Assembly: GCF_002075285.3 (NCBI RefSeq)
Contig: NZ_CP021983.2
Coordinates: 2,250,001-2,282,000, forward strand
From: Halomicronema hongdechloris C2206
Lineage (GTDB): Bacteria > Cyanobacteriota > Cyanobacteriia > Phormidesmidales > Phormidesmidaceae
Direction: 5' to 3'
DNA length: 32,000 bases
This document shows, in pieces, positions 21,282 to 28,097 of the stretch. Position 1 is the stretch's first letter; every line of letters starts with the position of its first letter. The notes beneath the pieces are model-generated. The model was not told the origin of the DNA and ran no database searches. It saw only the letters and a list, made by a program, of their open reading frames with translations. Both the position numbers and the translations under genes were made by a program.

Positions 21282-22333
21282 TTGAGACGATGGCGACGCT
21301 GGCAACGGCGGATCGGCCGGTTTTTGAAACGGGAGAACCTAGACCGACTGCTATTGCTGACGGTGGTCCTAATTGGGCTGAGTTCTGTGGGCCTGGCCTG
21401 GGCAGAACCGCAGCTATCCCTGACCGATAGCCTCTGGTGGAGCATCGTCACCCTAACCACCGTGGGCTATGGCGATATCGCCCCTAGCACTGTCGTCGGC
21501 CGCTTGATTGCCGTAGTCAACATGGTGATTGGCATTGGCATTTTGGCTGCCTTAAGTGCCACCCTGGCTAGCATTCTGGTGAACCGCAAGCTCAAGGAGG
21601 AGTTGGGCATGAGTGCCTACGACGTGGCTGACCACATCATTCTGTGCGAGTGGAACCATCGGGCGGCAGTGATTCTACGGGAGTTGCGGGCGGATAGCAA
21701 AACCTGGCAGACGCCCATCGTGCTGATTGCTACCCTGGAGCGGAAACCGGTGGATGATGACAATTTGTTCTTCGTGCGGGGAAAAGTCTCAGATGAGACC
21801 CTGCGACAGGCTAACTTAGCCCGGGCCAGCACGGTGATTATTCTCGGGGATGACCAGCTGGAGGATACAGCCCGAGATGCCAAGGTGGTGCTGTCGACCC
21901 TGACGGTGGAAAGCATCAACCCTAGCGCTTATACCATCGTGGAGCTGGTGGATCAGGCCCATGTGATTACCTGCCAGCGGGCCAGGGCCAATGAAATTAT
22001 TGTCAGCAGCGATATCAGCAGTAAGCTGATGTCCCAGGCGGCTCTGAACCATGGCATTACCAAGGTGGTCTCAGAGATGCTGAGTTTTCAGGTGGGGCAT
22101 CAGCTCTACAAGATTCCCATGCCCAAATCTCGGGTGGGCTGCTCCTTTGTGGAGGTGCTGACCTACATGAAGGCACACCTACCAGAGTCTGGTGGTGGCG
22201 GTGCAGAAGGGGGCGGAAGGGGAGGGTGGTGTCTAACCCGCCGGCGAACTATCCCCTGGAGGCCGATGACTACTTGATCGTCTTAGCTCAGGATCATCCC
22301 ATTCCCCTAGAACGGGTACACCAGGGGAGTTAA
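21282..22333 (+). pseudogene. Potassium channel with RCK/TrkA domains; C-terminus disrupted by two +1 indels
   Basis: Selectivity filter TLTTVGYGD and RCK N-domain IILCEWNHRAAVILREL. After ...YMKAH, the sensible sequence continues in the +1 frame (TYQSLVVAVQKGAEGE) and then in the +2 frame (VVSNPPANYPLEADDYLIVLAQDHPIP, stop at 22331-22333). Confidence 0.75.
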
Positions 22334-24208
22334 CAGTACGGTGACGCTCCAAAACAGCAGGTTCAGGGGAATGCCCACCCGCATGAAGTCGGAGAATTTA
22401 TAGCCGCCAGGGCCGTAGACCATCAGGTTGGTCTGGTAGCCGATGGGGGTGGAGAAACTGGCGGAGGCACCGATCATGATGGCGATGACGAAGGGCATGG
22501 GGCTCACCCCCAGGGTCTGGGAGACGGCCAGGGCAATGGGAAATACCACCGCCGCCGCCGCATTATTGGTGATGATTTCGGTCATCAGGGTGGTGATGCC
22601 ATAGACCACGGCTAGGGCCAGCCAGGGATTGTCCCCGGCGATGCCGATGAAGGTGGATGCGATCGCACCGGCCGCCCCCGTCACCTCCAGGGCTTTCCCC
22701 AGCCCCAAGGCCGCCCCGATGACCAGCAGCACCTGCCATTCGATGCTGCGCAAGGCCCGCTCCGCTGAGCAGCAGCGCAGCGCCACCATGAGAATAGCCG
22801 CCAACGCCGCCGCATTCAGCATGCTCATCCAGCCGACACTGGCCAAGACCACCATGGCAATCAAGATAGCCAGCGCCAAAGGAGCCTGGTCATGGCGTAG
22901 AGGTTCCGAATTGGGCACCTCGCTGACCAGATAAAAATCCCGCGACACCCGCTGTTGCTCCAAGAACGAGGAGTGGGCTTCTAATAGCAGAGTATCTCCC
23001 GCCATCAGGGTAATATCCCCCAACTTCCCCGGCAGTCGCTCCCCATTGCGGGCCACGGCCAGCACCACCGCGTTGTAGCGACTGCGGAATTGCCCCTCCC
23101 GGATGGTCATCCCCACCAGCGGACAGGTATTGGACACCACCGCCTCGATCAGGCTGCGCTCGGTGCGGGGGCTATCCAGCTTAAATACCTGATCGGTGGC
23201 CGGTTTCAGTCCCCTGAGCCGCTGCAAATCGACGATGGAATCCACCATGCCCACAAACACCAACTGGTCATGCTCCTGCAGCACCTCCCGAGGAGTCACC
23301 GCCGTTAAAATCTGACTGCCGCGGGCAATCTCCATCAAGAATAGTCCCGGCAAGTGACGTAGCCCCGCCTGCTCAATGGTTTTTCCCGCCAGGGGACTGC
23401 CCGGTTCCACCACCATTTCCACGGTATATTGGCGTGGATCATCGGCATCGCCCAGCACCGACTTGCGCTGCGGCAGTAGCCAACGATGGCTTAGCAGCAG
23501 ATAGCCCACCCCGGCTACGGCGCAAGGCAAACTGACCCGGGTAATATCAAACAACCCCAACCCCGGATGATCGGTAGCGGCAATCAACATGCCATTCACC
23601 ACCAGGTTGGTACTGGTGCCAATCAGGCTGCAGGTCCCGCCAAAGATGGCCGCATAGCTGAGGGGAATCATCAACTTCGACGGACTGATTCTGAGTTTGC
23701 GGCACCAATCATTCACTACCGGCACAAACATGGCCACGACAGGGGTGTTGTTGAGAAAGACACTGAGCCCCATCACCGGCAACATCAACCGGGTCATGGC
23801 CGAGGGCAATCCCTTGGGTAGGCCCAAGACCTGCTGGGAAATCCAAGCCAGCCCCCCGGTCTGTTGCAGCCCCGTGACCACGACGTAGAGCACCCCTACT
23901 GTCACCATGCCAGGGTTACTAAACCCTTCTAGGGCCTGTTCGGTGTCTAGCACCCCACTCACCATTAGCAGCCCCAATCCCCCCAAGAAAATCATCTCCG
24001 GCGGATAGGCCGTCAGCATCGTCAGCAGAAAGGTGAGGACCGTCACCCCGACGGCTAGCCCCGCCTGCCAGGGCCAGCCCGCCAGGGTAGACAAGAGGCC
24101 AGGGCTAGACCAGACCAGGCCGGCCCCACAGAGGCCCATCACAAACCAGAGGAGGGCTTGGCCCCACCCCCAAGTCCAACGGTGCCGGTGATATTGCCAA
24201 AGCTGCAT
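22307..24208 (-). CDS. SLC13/DASS-family permease with two internal TrkA-C (RCK_C) domains
   Basis: 633 aa with TM-rich ends. Two central RCK_C-like repeats: VEMVVEPGSPLAGKTIEQAGLRH...DQLVFVG and IEAVVSNTCPLVGMTIREGQFRSRYNAVVLAVARNGE...GDTLLLE. Confidence 0.85.
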   Translation of the reverse strand: MQLWQYHRHRWTWGWGQALLWFVMGLCGAGLVWSSPGLLSTLAGWPWQAGLAVGVTVLTFLLTMLTAYPPEMIFLGGLGLLMVSGVLDTEQALEGFSNPGMVTVGVLYVVVTGLQQTGGLAWISQQVLGLPKGLPSAMTRLMLPVMGLSVFLNNTPVVAMFVPVVNDWCRKLRISPSKLMIPLSYAAIFGGTCSLIGTSTNLVVNGMLIAATDHPGLGLFDITRVSLPCAVAGVGYLLLSHRWLLPQRKSVLGDADDPRQYTVEMVVEPGSPLAGKTIEQAGLRHLPGLFLMEIARGSQILTAVTPREVLQEHDQLVFVGMVDSIVDLQRLRGLKPATDQVFKLDSPRTERSLIEAVVSNTCPLVGMTIREGQFRSRYNAVVLAVARNGERLPGKLGDITLMAGDTLLLEAHSSFLEQQRVSRDFYLVSEVPNSEPLRHDQAPLALAILIAMVVLASVGWMSMLNAAALAAILMVALRCCSAERALRSIEWQVLLVIGAALGLGKALEVTGAAGAIASTFIGIAGDNPWLALAVVYGITTLMTEIITNNAAAAVVFPIALAVSQTLGVSPMPFVIAIMIGASASFSTPIGYQTNLMVYGPGGYKFSDFMRVGIPLNLLFWSVTVLLTPLVYPF

Positions 24209-24436
24209 AGTCGTTTCTCAAACGGCATTGCCAAACATCATGGCCGATTCTCAATGCATTTCTATTACAGCTGGATCAAGATTGAAATGTTTTTTGATGA
24301 AGTTTTGGCTGATTGCCAGGGTCAATTACAGAAGTCGAGGGGATGGGGAGTTGAGTTCCCTTAGCCATAGGATGACGTCTAGGTCCTACAATGAGCCCAG
24401 GAGAGCTTAGCTTCCCATCCCTGTCAGTAGGCTCTG

Positions 24437-25105
24437 TTGACCCATCCGGTGCTATCCCGTCGCAGTCTGAGTCGTCTCAAGTTCATTGCCCTTGGACTCC
24501 TGATTGTCCTGGCAATTTGGCTGATTAACCACTACGGCATGGCCCAGATCCGAGCCCAGGTGGACCAGCTGGGGATGTGGAGTCCCTTAGCTATTTTCTG
24601 TTTGCGGTTCACCAGTGTGGTGGTTCCGGCTTTGCCGGGGACAGCCTATTCTGTGCTCTCCGGTGGTCTATTGGGCTTCAGCCAGGGGTTAGCTGTCATT
24701 TGCCTGGCGGATCTGCTATCTTGCTGCCTGAGTTTTTGCCTGTCGCGACGCTACGGTCGTCAACTGGTGCAACGCCTGGTGGGAGAGCGCCTCATGACTC
24801 GGGTCGATACCCTGAGTCAGCGACACCTAGAACGCAATTTCTTCCTCATGACCGGCTTTTTAATGACCGGCTTTTTCGATTTCGTCTGCTACGGGGTTGG
24901 GTTAACGAAAGCGCCCTGGCTGAAATTTGCTCCGGCCCTGGTGCTGAGTATTGCCATCTCTAACCCGCCGATTGTGGCCCTGGGAGCCGGGATCTTAGAA
25001 GGGGGCAAACTGCTACTGGGATTTGCCCTACTCGGCATCTTTGGTCTGGCCATTGTAACGGGGCTGGTGCAGCGTTATCGAGTCACGGATGCACCTGAGC
25101 CCTGA
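24437..25105 (+). CDS. TVP38/TMEM64 (VTT/DedA-like) family membrane protein
   Basis: VPALPGTAYSVLSGGLLGFSQGLAVICLADLLSCCLSFCLSRRYGRQLV matches the VTT-domain core. TTG start as given by the ORF track. Confidence 0.75.
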   Translation: MTHPVLSRRSLSRLKFIALGLLIVLAIWLINHYGMAQIRAQVDQLGMWSPLAIFCLRFTSVVVPALPGTAYSVLSGGLLGFSQGLAVICLADLLSCCLSFCLSRRYGRQLVQRLVGERLMTRVDTLSQRHLERNFFLMTGFLMTGFFDFVCYGVGLTKAPWLKFAPALVLSIAISNPPIVALGAGILEGGKLLLGFALLGIFGLAIVTGLVQRYRVTDAPEP

Positions 25106-25111
25106 GGGGTG

Positions 25112-25160
25112 GAGTGGAGAGTGACGAGTGGAGAGTGACGAGTGGAGAGTGACGAGTGGA
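25112..25160. repeat. Tandem repeat, GAGTGGAGAGTGAC x3.5
   Basis: Exact 14-nt units at 25112-25125, 25126-25139 and 25140-25153, plus a partial GAGTGGA at 25154-25160. Starts 7 nt after the stop at 25105. Confidence 0.95.
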
Positions 25161-25168
25161 TGGGTAAT

Positions 25169-25184
25169 GGGGTGATGGGGTGAT
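25169..25184. repeat. Tandem repeat, GGGGTGAT x2
   Basis: Exact 8-nt units at 25169-25176 and 25177-25184. Confidence 0.85.
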
Positions 25185-25190
25185 GAGAAG

Positions 25191-25218
25191 TTTTGAATTT
25201 TGAATTTTGAATTTTGAA
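25191..25218. repeat. Heptanucleotide tandem repeat, TTTTGAA x4 (STRR-like)
   Basis: Exact 7-nt units at 25191-25197, 25198-25204, 25205-25211 and 25212-25218, followed by a degenerate GTTTTAG. Confidence 0.95.
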
Positions 25219-25286
25219 GTTTTAGGGTTTGAGTGAGGGCATGCCAGGCTCTTACTCTCATCATGGGTTGAGCAAAAGGGAAACAA

Positions 25287-25586
25287 GCCCCTCACTTCCT
25301 TGCCGATGCAACGCGATCCATCACTACTCACCGATATGCCCTTCCGCGGGGTCCAGGGCGGTAGTTCGACTGCGCTCACCACAAGTGGAACGCCCTGGTC
25401 GTAGGGGTCCGGGGAAAGCGAAATTTCCCCGGGCAAGCTCTCTGGCCTGGGAAACTAAGTGCGGTCTTAGAGGACATTTGAAAACTCGGCTGAAAGTCCT
25501 GCCGGGTAAGCGTTTTAGAGCGTACGACTCTGTTGGCCAGAATCCAGTCTGGAGCAAGGTCGCAGGGTACTTTCCAAATATCCTCT
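25287..25586 (+). repeat. Unclassified hairpin-rich non-coding element, copy B (uninterrupted)
   Basis: Homologous to 16951-17068 plus 17770-17887. Hairpins at 25353-25398 (8-bp stem CCAGGGCG/CGCCCTGG) and 25407-25434 (11-bp stem, loop GCGAAA). The 3' module 25469-25586 is closed by a 15-16 bp helix. Confidence 0.75.
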
Positions 25587-25708
25587 TACCGAGGTCTACC
25601 ATTGCCTTGCCGATATGACAAAATCCACAACGGCTAGTCGACAGTCCTTCCGCAGGATGCAGGCTGACGGAAAAGCGAAGTGCAGAGAGGGGAGGAGCGC
25701 AGTTGCGA

Positions 25709-26413
25709 CTACTGGCCGAAGGCACCGAGGCCGTAGTAACAATAAGGAGCGGCGCAGTTCGGCATAATCACATTGATGGTGAAGGGGCCATCCCATTGGG
25801 GAGTGACTTCCACAATGGGCATAGCATCTGTCTCCGTATCCGAGTCAATTAAGTTGCCGTTCTCATCATAGAGTTCTAGGTCCATATCGCCACAATCACT
25901 GTCACAGACGCCGATGATGCCATAGGAAACGCCACCGCGCAGATCCAGGGTGATTGGTTCTTGGGTGTTGTCTGCCAGTTGGCCTAGGTAGGGTTCATGG
26001 GTGAGATCAAAGCCATTTAGGCCGGCCTGCTCGCTGACGGCAACCAACTGCTGGCCCACCTGAGCTCGGAAGGCCTGATCGGGATCGGTTGCGGATGCTG
26101 ATGTCGGTTCTGGGGTAGGGGGATTACTGATGGGGGTCGGTGCTGGAGTTGGGGGGTCAGGTCCTTCAGTGGATTCGGTGGCATCGGTGGTCGAATCCTC
26201 GGTGGGAGTACTCTCCTCGCTGGTGTCTACAGGGGAAACCTCGCTGAGGCCAATGCCCATCAGAATAATAAAGATTCCCATGCCGATGGAGGCGGCGCGG
26301 GGGATGGTTCCAATTTTGGGAATGGAGATATCTCTAATAGATAGCCCACCGCCCCACAGGCCCGTGGACAGTAAGATAGCTCCGAAAATGAAGGCGACGA
26401 TATCGATGCTCAT
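25709..26413 (-). CDS. Membrane-anchored hypothetical protein with acidic/Pro-rich linker and Cys-containing beta-rich C-terminal domain
   Basis: Start at ATG 26413 (MSIDIVAFIFGAILL...). Two N-terminal TM helices, a linker (TSEESTPTEDSTTDATESTEGPDPPTPAPTP), and a C-terminal segment ITLDLRGGVSYGIIGVCDSDCGDMDLELYDENGNLIDSD reminiscent of pre-peptidase C-terminal-type domains. Confidence 0.6.
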   Translation of the reverse strand: MSIDIVAFIFGAILLSTGLWGGGLSIRDISIPKIGTIPRAASIGMGIFIILMGIGLSEVSPVDTSEESTPTEDSTTDATESTEGPDPPTPAPTPISNPPTPEPTSASATDPDQAFRAQVGQQLVAVSEQAGLNGFDLTHEPYLGQLADNTQEPITLDLRGGVSYGIIGVCDSDCGDMDLELYDENGNLIDSDTETDAMPIVEVTPQWDGPFTINVIMPNCAAPYCYYGLGAFGQ

Positions 26414-26647
26414 AATGTCCTCTTGATGGCTGATGGTGTACGTAGCGTTTGCCAGCCAGGTGAGCAATAGCTAGATCGGTCAACGGCTAGATTAAGGGGC
26501 TGACTAGCTGGCCATCGCACAGCATGTTGTGGCGATAGCTATCGGTCGGCTTGCATGGGCGATGCTCCTATAGAGAATACTTCATGACCATCAGCCCTGA
26601 TTCCGTAAATATCCGGTAGTCGTCGGTTTGCAGCTAGGAAAACTCAG

Positions 26648-27816
26648 TCAGGGGCTATCTGGGGCGTAGCGCTGGGCCAGGGCCAAGGCATTCTGTCGAT
26701 GTTGGGCAGCTAGTTCCTTGGGGGTCAAAATCTGGGCCAAGTGCATGAAGCGATTGACCCAATGGCTGAATTCTCGCAAGGATCGCGGTGGCAGTTGCAC
26801 CGAGAAATCGACATGGGGGTCCCCCTGGGTGTGCCCTCTTCTGAGGCGCTGACTGGGGTGACGACGTTCTCCTTCTAGGATGAATTCAGCTACCGGATGG
26901 AAGAAGCGCACCTTTACCGAGACCAGTTTGCCCTGGCCCGAACGTTCTTGTTGTTGCTCTTCTGAGGTGCCTAGGTAGAGCCCCCACCCCTGCTTTAATA
27001 ATTGGTGGGCTACTTCTAGGCGTTGAGTTTGTGCCTGCAGACTGCGGCACTCATAGTCCAAGGCTGTAACCTGCTCACTGAGGCGATCGACCCGGGCGAT
27101 CTCTAAATGCTGATTGTGCAGATGCTCATAGAGGAGATACCAGGCGGTGTCAGCGTAGATCAGCTGCAGGGGATAGACGGTGAGGTGGCCTGTGCCCATG
27201 CTGCCGTAGGGGTCGCGATGACGCATTAACTCTAGGGATTGGCCGGTTGCGATCGCACGTTCCACAACATCTAGGGCATGAAATAGGGTGCGGCGATAGT
27301 GCCCCTTGGCCATCATCTCATCAGGGTCGGTGTAGACGATGGTGCGGCTAAGGTGAGTGCGCACCGGGTAGAATAGCTGGCCCTGGAGTTCTAGATTCAG
27401 GCCTCGCAGGCGGCGTTCTAGGGTGCTGTAGAGTTTGCGGATACGTGGGTCGCCTTGGTGTTGGGCTTGGCTGGCCAGGGCTTGCAGGGCGGCGCGCAGT
27501 TCGTCGCTGGTGAAGACGCCGCTGCCTAAATAGTAACCCCAGCGATACATGCGCTGTTCTAGGATGCCGTAGCGGCGCAGGGTTTTGAGATCTTTGCGAA
27601 TGGTGTGGACTGAGTAGTCAGGCAAGATAATGCCAAGCCATTGAGCCGTCTGTTGCATTGTTTGCACGATGGCGGCGGCGGCGTCATGGTCGCCGGGGGT
27701 GTGATCATCGGGGTCGGGGGCCCCACGCCGGGGTGGCGCACCAGGGTGGCAATCAACACCATCAGCCGCTCGAGCGCGGACGGTTCTGTGTAGGAGCTTG
27801 GCGGAGTGTTGCCCAT
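26648..27816 (-). pseudogene. WYL-domain transcriptional regulator (HTH-WYL-WCX), frameshifted near its N-terminus
   Basis: WYL core HLTVYPLQLIYADTAWYLLYEH and HTH-like TIRKDLKTLRRYGILEQ lie in ORF 26648..27832. The conserved-looking N-terminus SALERLMVLIATLVRHPGVG lies in ORF 27559..27816, in another frame. The frames meet at GGGGG/CCCC 27716-27724. Divergent from the cas10 operon. Confidence 0.75.
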
Positions 27817-27881
27817 TATGGCTGCATGTCAATTAAAAGAAAATATTCCTGATGGCTGGCCTGGCCTGTAGAAGCTCTAAT

Positions 27882-27933
27882 ATATCAGCGCTTTAGATGA
27901 CGATCGGCATTTGTGAAGATATCAGCCTTTAAG
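27882..27933. promoter_or_regulatory. Candidate operator pair in the WYL / cas10 divergent intergenic region
   Basis: ATATCAGCGCTTTAG (27882-27896) and ATATCAGCCTTTAAG (27919-27933) share an exact 8-mer plus CTTTA, 37 nt apart. A TAATAT -10-like hexamer lies at 27879-27884. No experimental support. Confidence 0.2.
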
Positions 27934-27998
27934 AGCGCCTCTCGATGGTCCCTTGTTAAATTGGGCGCTAACTCAGGCACTTTCCGAGGATAGGTACT

Positions 27999-28097
27999 GT
28001 GTCAACAGCATTCTGGCAAGCCAAGATCTGGGGTTTGTTGCATGATCCTGCCTTAAGGAACTCGCATCATGTCTCCCAGCAAGAGGTGATGGCATGA
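27999..28097 (+). CDS. 32-codon micro-ORF encoding a Cas10/Cmr2 N-terminal HD-motif remnant
   Basis: The GTG-initiated ORF translates to VSTAFWQAKIWGLLHDPALRNSHHVSQQEVMA. WQAK..LLHDP..K is the HD-motif start of Cmr2 proteins (compare P. furiosus ...YLHDPPDKAL). Its stop overlaps the cas10 ATG (ATGA at 28094-28097). Confidence 0.45.
   Translation: MSTAFWQAKIWGLLHDPALRNSHHVSQQEVMA

Noticed and set aside
25105-25235. Possible CRISPR array next to the type III locus.
   Set aside because: The repeats are 7-14 nt, directly abutting, and have no spacers. No repeat of 25-40 nt with regular spacing occurs anywhere in the window.
25469-25586. Colinear short matches to bacterial RNase P RNA motifs (GAAAGUCC, GGGUAA.GC, GGAGCAAGG) in the 3' module.
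   Set aside because: Matches of 8-9 nt are expected by chance at this scale. The P4 pairing partner, the specificity domain and the required length are absent, and the element is present twice. I do not regard it as rnpB.
25229-25725. ORFs spanning element copy B (25229..25618 plus strand, 129 aa; 25324..25725 minus strand, 133 aa), and 17667..17882 (-) and 16877..17200 (-) over copy A.
   Set aside because: The only translation shared between the copies (FGKYPAT.LQTGFWP...) changes at about 10 of 39 residues for 16 nucleotide differences. That shows no synonymous bias. The ORFs do not extend comparably in the two copies and are Arg/Pro/Gly/Ser-rich.
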